Positions 12,215-24,636 of a DNA stretch of 64,000 nucleotides are shown piece by piece (position 1 is the first letter of the stretch; each line of letters starts with the position of its first letter). Origin of the DNA: Gekko japonicus (lineage: Eukaryota); assembly GCF_001447785.1 (NCBI RefSeq), contig NW_015171594.1, forward strand, positions 22,877-86,876, read 5' to 3'. The notes beneath the pieces are model-generated. The model was not told where the DNA came from, made no database searches, and was given only the letters and a program-made list of their open reading frames with translations. A program made the position numbers and the translations under genes.

Positions 12215-12649
12215 TTAAAAAAAATAACTACCAGCAAAAAAAAAAGTGTGCCAACTTGCAACTTGATTGTATCCTGATAAATAGCCTGAGGGCTTGCAAC
12301 CAAGCCCTTGCCTCAAGAGAAGGTAGACCTGATTCAGTCATGGCAGCTACATAGCATGGAATACATAACAGTATCTAAAAAAACACACCCCAAACTGAAG
12401 CATGGCATAAGTATTAACATAACACATTAAGCAGCACAGTGACCTCAGCAGGGTACAATGTCATGGAGTTCACCCTCCAACGCATCCATTTCCTCCAGGG
12501 GAACTGATGTTTCTAGTCTGAAGATGAGCTGTAATTCTGGTGGATCCCCAGGTCCCACTTGGAGGCTGGCATCCCTACTAGTGGCTTAATTCAGGATTTT
12601 AAAAAAGCCATTTGCTCAACTGTTTGATTTCCCCCTCCCTTTATCAGTA

Positions 12650-14670
12650 TGACAATTTCTCCCTCCCTCATAGGTTTTCCCATTTTCTTCTTTTTAGCTG
12701 AGTAGCCCCTTTTTCCTTTTTCTTTTTTCCCTCTGGCTGTCCTACCCAGTAGCCTAGGGAACTGAGGGGAGAGACTAAAATCCTTCTTTTTGTCCTGGTT
12801 TGATCATGGCCCACAAAACACTGATGGTAGTTCAAAAATAACAAACTGTTTTATTTTGCTTTGAGGGGAAATGGTTAGGTAGAAATACAGGTATAGGACT
12901 TATGAGATGAACAGGCAACAGGAATGAGGTAACTGTATAAAAATAAACAATAGATAGTTTGTCACCAATAAACAAATAACATCTCTGTTATTTAGACAGA
13001 AAAAAGTTTGAGTTCAGTGGCACCTTTAAGACCAACAAAGTTTTATTCAAGATTAAAGTTTTCATGTGCATGCACACTTTTTCATTGAAACAAGACATCC
13101 TCAACCACTGGGGTGGGGTGGGGGGTTGCCAGGAAGGGCTAGTTATTTATTTAAAACTTGAGGAAAGAGATTTCTTGGCAGTTTTTCTTACATAAACCAG
13201 CATAAGCTTGGCAGTATCCTGTTTTGATTGAGAGGGTGGGAATTATGGAAGGAGACAAAAGCTTGCAAGAGGGAAATAACTAGCAAGATGGGCTACCAGG
13301 ATTTACAGGGACCTTTCCCTTAGAGAACACACAAATAACCAGTCCAAGGTAAAAATAGAAATGGATTACTTTGATAGGAAACAAGAATACTAGCTTACAG
13401 AAAGTATACAAGAAACTACACACAACCAAGACTAATTAAGAAATAAAGGAAACTGGGATGATTTTAGCTACCTGTCCAGAAGAAGCAAGGTTCAGGAGAA
13501 GAGCAAGATGTCCAGCAAACTGGGTGTGCACTTCAAAGCCAGGAAAACACACAGACTGAGATCTGAGTGCTATTTTTATAGCAAAAATGTGTCCTGGGGC
13601 AGTCTGACCTTCGTGCCTCAAAATGATACCAAAAATGGCTTCCCCGGGATAGACAAAGACCTGGAAAACATCTGACAGTTAGCATGAGAGTTGATGTCCA
13701 ATGTAAACTAAAGTGTTGATGTGCTTCTTATAGATTAGCTAGAGGTTTCTGTGAATGGCTGAATAGCGTTTCCAGGAATGGGAGATGGCTGGGAAGATTT
13801 TCTTATGTAAAACAGAGTTTGAGGTGAAATTCTGATTTCTTCCTCCAGTGATTTGGAGTGTTAATAGACTTCGGCTTGACGGTTGCCAGTCAGGAGGAGT
13901 GTGTGTATCAGTCTGAGGGAAACAGACAAGTTCACTTGGAAGTTAAGGGATACAACTCCTTGCCTTTACTGTGTACCAGCACATTTGAGGAAAATTTCAG
14001 AAAACAGAACTTAAAGCCTAAGTGTCAACCTTAGTTAAATTCTGTTTATTCACAGTCTCCAGAACTGGGGTTTAGGTTTGACAGAAAAGACTGGAAAGGA
14101 GGTTGAAAACTGCCAGTCTAACCAAACAGAAAAGGATTATTGCTCCTAGAAAGAGGAGGATATTTCTTACCCAGTTATTCAGGGAGTTCAACTTAGAAGG
14201 GACCCCTGGTTTGTGTGAAAAGGGACATGGTCTTAGACTCCTCAAGAGTATAAAAGGGAAAGTTATAAGCCCACAAGGGAAGTATTTAAATACAGGAAGA
14301 AAGTACTAACTTCCAGGAAACTAAAATAGTTTTATGAAACTTTATTAAGATACATTGCTGCTGAAAAAAATCTCCAAAACTAACAAACTTCTCACAGTTA
14401 AGAATTGAGTCTCTAGGAATATAAGCTTCAACTATACTCTGTTGCCTGTTCAAAATATTATAATTTGTATAAACAACCAAATTTACCTCATTTTCTTGTC
14501 CCCTGCCCTATTCCTAAGTCAACTGTCCCTGTTCAATAAAATCAACCTTTCTGTTTGAACTTTACTTTGAGACAAGTGCTATTTCAAAAAGGGATTTATA
14601 AGAGGGCTCCTATTGAGTTATAAAAAAAAATCTCTGGCCTGGGCAAAAACCAACTAACTTCTCTATCACA
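12650..14670. mobile_element. LTR-like repeat region, probably nested; ends uncertain
   Basis: No counterpart noticed in the paralogous block at 29.7-33.4 kb; tataaaa ~14249 and aataaa ~14535 in LTR-like order; contains a Penelope piece. Confidence 0.35.
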
Positions 14671-15137
14671 GGGTGGGACATGCAGAAAGTTATAATTCTG
14701 TAGTTCAAATAAGCTGAGAGGCTGCTCAGTCAGAGTAGGGGAACAATATTTTGGCAGGAAAACCTGCCTCACAGAGAAGAAGCAAGGGTCCATCATACAT
14801 GCGCTGAGTAATTCTTGTGTCACATTGAACACAGACAGCCAAACATGTGATTGAAACTGCATATTCAGTCTATTGTCATTTAAGTGAAAGTGAATTGACT
14901 ATGCTTAAAAAACAGATGTAGATGAAGGATCAATGTGTTCAAGGTAACACATGAAGAGGGCTGTAAACAGTGGGGAAAAGAGTGAGGGAGAGGCATGATG
15001 AAGAATTTAAATTAAATTAAATTGCCAACCCATAAACGTAAGCCCAACCATGGTGACATTCCTGGATGACTGCACAGTGTGTGCATGTGTGTCACTGTTC
15101 CAAAATCAGTGTAGTAGTTCCCCAAATCACTTCAGAG

Positions 15138-15356
15138 TACGGTTGCCAGGTCTGGACTGGAAAATACCTGGATACATTGGAGGTGGATCCAGGAGAGGGT
15201 GGGGTTTGGGGACGGGAGGGGCCTCAGCAGTGTATGATGCCATAGAGTCCACCCTTCAAAGCAGCCATTTTCTCCAGGGGTGCTGATCTCTGTCAGCTGG
15301 AGATCAGTTGTAAAAGTGGGAGATCTCCAGGCCCCACCTGGAGGCTGGTAACCCTA
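15138..15356. mobile_element. hAT-type MITE (TIR tagggttgcca family), 8-bp TSD
   Basis: tacggttgcca...tggtaacccta; TSD cttcagag/attcagag; empty paralogous site at ~33860-33885. Confidence 0.85.
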
Positions 15357-15534
15357 ATTCAGAGAGCATTCTTGGTCTTGAAAAGCAGTCTTGGCAGAAG
15401 TAGTGGCTTTTCCGCTGAGCCTCCACTCCTCCAGCACATACACACCATTCTGACTCCAGAAGTGTTGGAGGTGAGAGATGGAGGGGGGGGGAACTGCATT
15501 GATTTATATGTCTTAATAGCTTAAATATTCATTT

Positions 15535-15775
15535 CTTTATTTATTTACTATTTATTCACTTCATTTATACCCCACTTCTCTCCCACATGGGATCCAGTGT
15601 AACTTACAAACCTCTCCCCTTCTTTACTTTATTCTCACATCTCTGTATGGTAGATTTGGCTGAAAGTGTGTGACTGGTCCATGGTCACCCAACAAGCTTC
15701 ATGGCAGAATGAGGATTCAAATCTGGGCCTCCCAGATCCTAGTCCAACACTCTAACCACACCACACTGGCTCTCT
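15535..15775 (-). mobile_element. Older Squam3-related SINE
   Basis: cccagatcctagtccaacactctaaccac...ctggctctc head and (TTTA)n tail; related copies at ~38915-39108 and ~53850-54076. Confidence 0.7.
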
Positions 15776-16293
15776 CCTTCATTTTAATCTCGGGTTGCTC
15801 CTTAATGGGAACCCAAAGTAGCTCTTTACACATTTTATCCTCACAACAACCCAGTATGGTAGGAGTAAAAGCAATTAGTTGGATGGAACAGAGGAGGTGG
15901 AGTAAGCATAGCCTTTATTTATTTATTTTTTGCCTTAGGTCTGAGCACCTGCCTTCCAGAGGAAGAGCACAGAGGAGAAAGGCCCTTGCCAGCCTCAGGG
16001 CACTCTGCTTCACTTGCCCACTTGCTGAAGCCCTGCCCCCCACTTCCTTCTCCCAGCAGCCTTAAACAATCTCTCTTCTTCTCTTGCCAGAGGAAGGGAG
16101 GAGACATCAACAAACCTCTACAGCAGGACAGAAGACCTGCTAGGCTTTGCCACAGAACAGGAGTGAGGAAGGCGACCTTTCATCTTTTTCACAGTACCCG
16201 CAACAAGTTCTTCTTCTCTGTCATCTGCTGTCTTCGCTTGTGTGTCTGAGAAGTGTGGCCTTCCTTTCTCCTGTTCTGCTGCAGAGCCTAATG

Positions 16294-16531
16294 TAGGGTT
16301 GCCAAGTCAAGCGCGTGCGCCGCCCGCACATCGACGGAAGTTACGTGCGACGTCACTCAAGTTGGGGGCGTGGCCCAGATCGTTGGGGGGAAACCATATG
16401 GATGATCTGGGCCACGCCCCCAACGTGAGCAACGTGGCTGCATCACCTCTGGTGACGCAGCCTTGGGGGGCGGAGTTCCCCCCGGGGCCCGATTCTGCCG
16501 CGGCGGAAATCGGGCCTTCAAAGCAGCCCTA
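16294..16531. mobile_element. CpG-rich hAT-type MITE with an internal perfect hairpin
   Basis: tagggttgcca...agcagcccta; TSD gcctaatg/gcctagtg; 21-bp inverted repeat 16361-16381 / 16404-16424. Confidence 0.8.
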
Positions 16532-16635
16532 GCCTAGTGTGTCTTCTGTCCTGCTGTAGAAGCTGGTGGATGTACGCTCTCTACCTTTCTCAGTGAACTT
16601 TTGGCTATGAAAATTATTATTTTTTCTTTGAGAAA

Positions 16636-17633
16636 TTACTCCTGGGAACTAGATTGATAAGGGGGAAACCTTGCTTTTCTTCCTGAAAAAATGCCACACT
16701 GCAACATTTTCCATAGAGCAGCTTTGATGGCCCTGTTCCTCATTGTATAGATGATTGGATTCATCAGTGGAGGTACCACAGAATATAGTACAGCAACCAC
16801 CAGGTCCAGATCTGAAGGGGATTGTGAGTTGGGCTTCAGGTAGGCAAAGCTTCCAGTGCTGCTAAACAAGGAGACCACTATAAGGTGGGGTACACATGTT
16901 GAAAAAGCTTTGTTCCTTCCCTGTGTGGTGGGGATTCTGAGCACTGACCTGAAAATATGCACGTATGAAACAATTATGACACCAAAACAGGAGAAGGCTA
17001 TAAATGCACTGAAAACAACCACTCCAAATTCAATGAGGTACAAATTGTCACAAGATACTTTCAGTAGCTGTGGGATCTCACAGAAGAACTGGTTGATGAC
17101 ATTGGAGCAGAATGCAATGGCAAAAGTGCTACTGGTGTGTAAACCTGAGTAAAGAAGACCAGCAACCCATGCGCTAGCTGCAATCTTGATACAGACTTTT
17201 CTATCTATGACTGTCTCATAGTGTAGTGGGTCACAGATGGCAACATATCTATCATAGGCCATGCCTGTGAGGAGGAAAAAGTCAGATGCCAAGAAAAAGA
17301 ACAAGAAATACACTTGTGCTACACATCCAGAATATGAAATTTCCCAGGTATTCAAGAGGGAATTGATCATGGCATTTGGGATGGTGACAGATATGGCTCC
17401 CAGATCAATGACAGATAAATTCACCAAGAAAAAGTACATGGGAGTATGTAGCTGCTGGTCCAGGGACACAGCTGAAATGATGATAAAGTGGAAGCAGGCA
17501 AGCACTCACACTGTGCGTGTCACCAAAGCAGCACCAGTTCAACAACAGACTCTCTGAACCATCTAATGTTCCTTGTTCCTTGCAGGATGCAAAACTCCAA
17601 CTCGTATCTCATTCACGGACTTTTCCTGGTTTG
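16636..17633 (-). pseudogene. OR14-like olfactory receptor; intact from late TM1 to stop, but N-terminus and most of TM1 replaced by non-OR sequence with in-frame stops
   Basis: LHTPMYFFL, MAYDRYVAIC, FFCEIPQLL, KAFSTCVPHL, PPLMNPIIY; upstream of 17505 the same frame has TAG, TGA, TGA; splice acceptor ctccacag with AG at 17635-17634. Confidence 0.85.
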
Positions 17634-19815
17634 CTGTGGAGGCAAAGATGAAAGCTTGAATCAGATTTTATTAATGAAGGGAATTGTCTCACTGGGTTGG
17701 ATCCAGCCTTTCCCCCCTCAGTTTCACCCAATTCTCCTCTTTACTATAGTCTGGGTTCCATATAGATTTTGTACATGAAGATCCCATGATCCCCACCATA
17801 CCTTTTTGGATGGTCAAAGTGGACCCCACCATCCTTTCTCCCCAACAAAAAAGGTGGCTGGATCCAACACATTAATTGTTATCCCAGTTATGTTTATACT
17901 TTTTGAAACTTGCAAATAGCTATGATATGCATAGATATTCTAGAATGGAGTTCTCTGTATATTTTAGTGCTCTGGAAACCTCTTGAAGCATTGAGAGACC
18001 ATAAGTGATAGAAACTGATTACTGGAATATTGTGGCAATTTCTCTTGTATATGACAAACAATGACAACCTTTCAGTGTGGTTGCAAAGCCACGGTAAAAG
18101 ATGGAAGCCATTGTCCTACCCTATGTGTACATGGGTGTGTGATTTACATGAAACTGTCCAGAGTGTTTTTCTCTCCTGAAAAATGTTTTTACTGATAAAC
18201 TAGTAAAGGGATTTCCCCCAGTCCAGCCAACGTCAAATTTCTCTGAGCTTTCAGAGTGGTACATTAAAATGAAGTGAATTGTGCTTGGTATCATTTCATT
18301 TTAACTAAAAGGCAGAAAGGGAGCAAAAAGAAAAAGGTTGTTCACAAACAGAGAGAAATACATGGGGCTGAAGGCGACCATTTTTCTGTTGGCAAATCTG
18401 ATATCAGAATACATATGATAATTGTTTGTGGTCCTTTGTTCTTGTGTACTATTGCTTGCACTGGAGAACAGCTTTTTCATGTTTCCCAAGAAATCACAGT
18501 TTGTCATTTTATCCAGTTTGGACATAATGAGAAAGTATTGGTTTTTTATGTTTACAGGATTCCGTAAAAGGACTATAGACAGGCAAAGAAAGTGCCTCCT
18601 TTATTTCTGTGTTACCTGGATCTAACCCACTGACAAGGTACTGCAGTTTTGTTTGCTTCCGAAGGTTAAAGCAGATTGAGATCAATAAGGCTATCTGGAA
18701 ACCAGACATGCTATTCATATGTGGGCTCAAAATCAATGGACTTACTCACTGATTAACTAATACAAATTGTTAAAGCAATAAAGGTCTCTAATATCCATCC
18801 GGGATCAAAAGTGCTTTCTCTTACTTAAAATATTACCTGCTTATAAAATTAGTATTGGGGTTTGAATACAACACATGCAGGTATCTGCCTTGACACACTC
18901 TTCACTTCCTTGTCTTTGAAAGTGAGTTGCTGAAAATGAAATGGCTGATTGATATAAATCACTCTGTGAAAACAGAATGTATATTTGTGAGGACTGGAGA
19001 ATAGTCTGCTAATAAACAGTGGGAAAGCCACGCCAACTGCGTGGACATATATAAGAGTATGTCAGTAAGGAATGAGGGAAATGATAGGGATACATATAAG
19101 TATTGGTTTTTTTGCATACATTCAAGTATTATGTCTCCATAATGTCTCCATCACACTGAGGGATGCACACAAGTGAGGTTACCACATGTTGCCAAACACA
19201 ATTCTTCATACCATGTTAACAGAAAAGCTGGGGAACCATGGTCACTGGTGCAGAAAATGAAAGACTGTTTCTATGGAAATACCATGGTAACATAATGGTT
19301 TGCACAGTGTGGAATAAAATACTGAGAGATAAAATGGTGGTTGGATCCCATCAGCTTTTCCACTTGTGAAAAGGGGAGCAGAGGTCTTATTTGACCACCC
19401 AAAAACACTATGATGGGGATCATGGCACATGACAAATGCCACATGGCTCAGAGGCCGTAGGAAGCAGAAGAATTGGGCAGGATTCTGCCCAGTTGACTAC
19501 ATGATGCTAAAGGCAGGCATGAAGCCTCACTCAGACAGTCCAAACAGCATTTCTCCTTCATGGCTACTTTTCAGCATTTAGGAAGCATATTTCACATGTT
19601 CCAACTGTTTCCATGCATGACTTTAGTAATGATCACAAGAACTTTATAAATTAGGCTTAAAGGGTAGATAAGAAGGAAGGATGCTTACCCTGAGAGAAGC
19701 GTAGTAGACATTGTCTTTATCACCTTGCAATTTCATACACTAGACTTTTCAGAGAAGATAGATATTGGATGACAATGGAAAAGGGTAGATAAGGAGATAA
19801 GTGACAGAGTTTTAC

Positions 19816-19930
19816 CTTTCATGGAGGCACTTTCAGTCTTTCTCGTCTTCTTTTCACAAAGGTATACCCAAAAGCTGACAGTGGATTTCATGTCCATCCA
19901 CATCTTCTTTTTTCTTTGAAATCACAGTAA
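19816..19930 (-). other. Putative first exon of the 16.6-17.6 kb OR, ending ATG AAA G|gtaaaa
   Basis: Donor GT at 19815-19814; TATA ~30 nt upstream; homologous to 26290-26410. Confidence 0.55.
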
Positions 19931-19949
19931 ATGTATACTTTGTGAGAAT

Positions 19950-20080
19950 GGAGTTTTATATATATATTTGTTCTGCACTGTTCTTGGGGATGTTCACCAC
20001 ATGTCCCAGAAGAAATCAGTAGCAGAGGTCCCAAGAGACGTTATTCCTATCTGAAGACTGCAATGACTTCCTGATTAAAA
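19950..20080 (-). promoter_or_regulatory. Putative OR promoter: TATA box, O/E (EBF) site, homeodomain TAAT site
   Basis: TATATAAAAC(-) 19953-19962; TCCCAAGAGA 20029-20038 fits TCCCNNGRGA; TAATCA(-) 20072-20077; conserved with 26420-26570. Confidence 0.6.
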
Positions 20081-21034
20081 AAAAAATATCACTGAATTAT
20101 GTGCCTGTGGGGGTGAGCCTCCAATTCAAAGCATGGATGACCATCTACAACCAGAAATGTAACTTATGATGTCTCCATTAAAATACTGTTTCTTTTTAGA
20201 ATAGCAACATTTCTGATTATAAAGATCAGTGGTCACTGGTATTCCCTAAAAGTGGCAGTGGACTGTGTACAAAACTCCATCCATTTCACCCAATATTTCT
20301 TCTGGGGATTTTTCAAGAACAGTATAATTTTTATATTTGAGCTATCATGTAAAAATCTACCTACAGCTGGGTCCAATCAGTTTTTCTGCTTGAATTCACC
20401 CAGTTCCTCTTCTCAGTGCAATCCTAACCCATGTGGCTTCTATGAACACACATCCCAAGGATCATTGCATAGCCATTTGGATGGCTTTACAAGTGGGAAA
20501 GCTTGTAGGATATAAGCCACTATGATTGTGAGGAGGGCAGGGTACATAATGGAGAGTTTTGTTTAAAGGATCATTGTCTGGGATTTTCCATCTGTTCATC
20601 TCTGAATGCAAGGCCCATGCCTATGAACAGGAACCAGAATTAAAGACTGGGGCATATGAAGGACCGACAAGACAGTGCATAAGAATGCAAACTTCAGGTT
20701 GCAGTATCAGCAATCAAGAATAACGGTTGTGATGTGTCAATTAATTTTATTTTTATACTACATGTCTACTGTAAAGAGCCATTGAATTAACATCACAACA
20801 TAATCATAAGTGTTCTCTTTAAACAATGAGTTCCAGTGGACAAAAAGAAAGAAACATTCTGATTTATACATAATGTGAAACCTTAGAAATCCCCACAAAT
20901 TAGACCATTGAAAGAAACTGTTATGGAGCATCTGAAGGAATTTCACTGCAATGTTTGAATGAAAACCTTTGCTGACTCAATGGACAGACCATCTTGCAGG
21001 AGCAAGGAGCCTTCCACTAGATTTATGGTGACAG

Positions 21035-21679
21035 TGTTACCACCAATGGCCTGCCTTGTTGTCTGGGGAATTTAGCTATGTGGCAGGATAAGCGGGAGGG
21101 GTATAGGAATCACACACCACTTGTATACTGAGGTCTGACACAGCAGGAAGACTCCAGATTTGAAGAGTAAATTAAATAGGTTTTATTGAAGTAGTTCCCT
21201 AATTACAAGCACACTAAACATTCAAAAGAACAAACAATACAGAACTAATAAAGAAGAGGTGATTGATAGCGAATATAGGGGTCAGTTATGGGGTGATACA
21301 ACCAGTTCAGGCGTGCAGGGGTCCATGGATATAAGTTTATGGCCTAAATCCAGGGGTTTAGGGGTGGACTGCCAGTTGGCATCAGGGCAGAGGCACATGG
21401 TCTGAGGCCATGTGCTTGAGCGGTTATAGAGATTGGAAAACAATGCAGACCAATGGAAGGTCTTGGTGGCTGGTTTCAGGTGAGAACAATAGATCACCTG
21501 GGTCAATGATGATTCCCATGGGTGTGTGGCATCAGGATGGGCAAGGCCTAGATGTGACCAATGAGCTTTCAGAGGGGCAGAGTCTGGCTTTAACAATAGA
21601 AGCCAGTTGTTAGATGACTGTACTGGGGGTGTCCATTGTGAAACAATAGAGTGGTCTGGCATTTCCCTGGTGCCAGACA
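21035..21679 (-). mobile_element. Possible solo LTR
   Basis: TG...CA ends; minus-strand AATAAA at ~21182-21187; TSD unconvincing. Confidence 0.3.
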
Positions 21680-21680
21680 A

Positions 21681-21995
21681 AAGAAGAAGAAGAGAAGAGG
21701 ATGAGGAGTAGGGGGATAAGGAGGAGGAGGAGGAGGAGATTGGATTTATACCACGCCCTTCATTATCCAAAGGAGTCTCAGAGCGGTTTACAAACTCCTT
21801 TTCCTTCCCGTCCCCACAACAGACACCCTGTGAGGTAGGTGGGGCTAAGAAAGCTCTGACAGAAACTGCTCTTTTTCAAGAACAGCTGTGCCAGAACTAT
21901 GGCTTGCCCAAGGTCATCCAGCAGGTGCAAGTGGAGAAGTGGCGAATTAAACCTGGTTCTCCCAGATTAGAGTCCGTGCACTTAACCACTAAGCC
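21681..21995 (-). mobile_element. Squam3-like SINE
   Basis: Matches the 11378 and 27360 copies; long (GAA/GGA)n tail; aaaagaag at both ends. Confidence 0.85.
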
Positions 21996-22619
21996 AAAAG
22001 AAGTGATGTTTCTTAATGTGTGGCACGATGATCCTGAATGGGTGACCATTCACTAGCCATGGAAAGTTAATCTTTACCTTGATAGATCTGGCATAGGTGT
22101 AAGAATGCAGATATCTTAGAAAAATCTTTGACAAACAGATAGGTGTAGAAACATAAGGATTACCAAGAGGTGCTTTCTGAGTTCCAGGGTATGAAAGGAT
22201 TTGGGACAGAATCATGATACAGCATACTTCATTCATGACTATAGCACAGACCAGAGGCTCTTTGTCTCTGCCTGCCTGTACATTTCACAGACAAAAGACG
22301 AGCCATTTGGTCCATAGAAGATGCCTGAGGCAAGGGCAGAGACTTGCCCATTCTAGTCCTTTTTGGATTAAGTTGACAGGATAGATGTGGGGGTTGCTTG
22401 CTTGCAGAGTGTTTGGCAGTATAGCCAACCTGGAGAATTCTCTTTGGCCTGAGTTTTCTCATCCAAGGTGTGGTTCTCCTAGCCTCCCAGCAAAAGCCAC
22501 TGTTTAAGCCAAGCCTGGCTTCATAGGGCACTACTTGTGGAGGCTGAGAGGTAGTTTTGGGGTGTCTCTCTCTCAGGAAAGACCGCCCCAGGTTCAGGGC
22601 TGAGGATGCTGGCAACAGT

Positions 22620-22960
22620 AGTGGTGGGGAAGTCTCCTTGCTCCAGGCAAAGATGTTGGGATCTCTCTACCATTGGCCAGGTGGCTAGTGGGGGGGGGGA
22701 TTATCTCCCCAAAAGGGAAGAGCACCAGAAATCAATCCAATGTGCCTACATGACCCAGAAGTGACATGGGCATGTTGGGGACATGGGGGGATGCTCTGTT
22801 GTTTAGTTAAAACTCTGTGCTAAAAGCTAATTCTACCATAGAGATTTTAAAAAGAGCATTGCCCCCCAACATGTCTACATCACTTCTGGATCACGTAGGC
22901 CTGTCATGTTAATTTCTGGTGTTCCTCCCTGCTCCTGGTAAGTGTACTTCCCATCCCTCA
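22620..22960. mobile_element. Degenerate MITE with internal imperfect palindrome
   Basis: gcctacatgacccagaagtgacatgggcatgttgggg (~22744) pairs imperfectly with ccccaacatgtctacatcacttctggatcacgtaggc (~22864). Confidence 0.55.
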
Positions 22961-23064
22961 CTGGCTGCTCCAAGGAATTATACAAATATATACAAGGGGG
23001 ACCAGCAATTCAAAGCAGTACAATAATAATTACATCAGTATTATAATGAGCAGAAGCAGGGGAC

Positions 23065-23223
23065 TTGTAGGGTTTTCATGTTCATGAGTGGTTATTGCCT
23101 GCCTGTGTGTAGTAAACCTGGATTTCCTTGGTGGATCCCATCCAAATACTAACTAGGTCTGACCCTGTCTGTCTTCCTATACCTGATGTGATTAGGCTAA
23201 CCTGAGGTGTCTAGGTCAGGGCA
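23065..23223 (-). mobile_element. 5S rRNA-derived SINE
   Basis: Minus-strand head resembles 5S rRNA (ttagtatttggatggga.ccaccaaggaa); copies at 26795-26984 and ~47975-48135. Confidence 0.7.
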
Positions 23224-23367
23224 TATCTACCTATCTGTCTGTCTGTCTATCTGTCTGTGTCTAGTACAATTCCAAACAGAAACACAAAGCATATTTGATC
23301 AACTATTTTAATCAGTTTTCTTTCATAACCAAACTGTTCATGTGTTAGCTTGTTATTTAGTTCTGAC

Positions 23368-23582
23368 TTTGCATATCTTAAACATCACCATGTTACATAT
23401 TAATCTGCTATTCAATCCTTGTCTATAAATTTGGACCTTATCTAACATTCCAATGCATTTGAAAAAGTGTACATGTACACAAAAGCTCATACCTTGAATA
23501 AACCTTTGTTGGTCTTAAAGGTGCCACTAGACTCTAAATTTGTTCTACTGATTCAGACCAGCATGGCTGACCACCTGGATCT
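23368..23582 (+). mobile_element. Penelope-like terminal repeat fragment
   Basis: tgaaaaagtgtacatgtacacaaaagctcatacc...ggtcttaaaggtgccact; colinear with 28690-28880. Confidence 0.65.
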
Positions 23583-23674
23583 AGGTCCATGTGTTGCAAT
23601 CCTTAGATTTGTGTGAAAATTCCCTCACTAATGAACATTCTGAAAATCATGAACAGAAAAACTACATGTTAAGG

Positions 23675-24636
23675 CTAAAAAACTGCCATTTTTCTGTTGA
23701 CATGAACTGCCCAATAGATGACTTTGGAAATTTCTGCTTTGATCTCCTTGTTTCTGATTGTATAAATTATTGGATTCAGTGTCGGTGGTACCACGGTATA
23801 CATTAAAGAAAGAGCAAGATCCCAGTTAGAGGGGGAGCTGGAAGCTGGCTTTAGATGGGCAATCATACCGACAGTGAGAAATAGAGAAACAACTATCAAG
23901 TGAGGGATGCATGTTGAATTTCCCTCCACAGAAGTAATTCCTAGTACTGTTCGGAAAATATAAACATAAGATGCAGCTATGAAACCCAAACAACATGTAC
24001 AGATACATGAAGCTACGATAAGAACCCCAATTTCAATGAGGTAAAGATTAGAACAGGAGAGTCTGAGCAGGTGAGGAACTTCACAAAAGAACTGATTGAT
24101 TACCCTGGAGCAAAAAGTGATTAGGAATGTGCTAGTCACATTAACAATTCCATACAAAAGTCCTCCAATCCAGGCACTCATTGCCATTTGAAAACAAAAC
24201 CTCCTGTTCATTACTCGTCCATAGTTCAGGGGATCACAGATAGCAGCGTAGCGATCATATGCCATGATTGTTAGAAGGATCCACTCTGAGGACAAGAAGA
24301 AGAAAAGGAAAAATACTTGTGCAGCACATTCATAATATGAAATTAGCCTAGTGTTTAGGAAGGAATTGGCCATGGCTTTGGGAAGAGTGATAGATATGGA
24401 ACCAATGTCAATGATTGATAAGTTCATTAGGAAAAAGTACATTGGAGTATGAATATGGTGGCCAGTGGCTATAACTGTGAAAACAAGAATGTTTGCAATA
24501 AGGGAGGCCATGTAAATTACAAGGAACAACCCAAAGCTTAACATTTGCAACTCTCTGATGTCAGAGAATCCCAGAAGCAGAAAGTGAGATACAGCGCTTT
24601 GGTTGGACGTTGTGTCTTGGGTAGCTGGCTTGTTCT
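23675..24636 (-). CDS. OR14-like olfactory receptor main exon; canonical start is ACG; 4-codon in-frame deletion before TM6; either pseudogene or two-exon CDS
   Basis: Frame open from the acceptor (AG 24638-24637): NKPATQDT-T(ACG 24610)SNQSAVSHFLLLGFSDIRELQ...HTPMYFF...MAYDRYAAIC...SVEGNSTCIPHL (KAF motif missing)...PPTLNPIIY, stop at 23675. Confidence 0.88.

Larger units (their letters stand above)
11006..12243 (+). mobile_element. 5'-truncated L1-like retroposed insert with poly(A) tail and 11-bp TSD, hosting nested elements
   Basis: aagtgtgccaa at 10995-11005 and 12244-12254; A-tail before the second copy; the paralogous site at ~28420-28440 is empty. Confidence 0.7.

Noticed and set aside
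17520-17612. ATG at 17612(-) as the OR start (MRYELEFCILQG...)
   Set aside because: Out of frame with the OR body and stops after 30 codons
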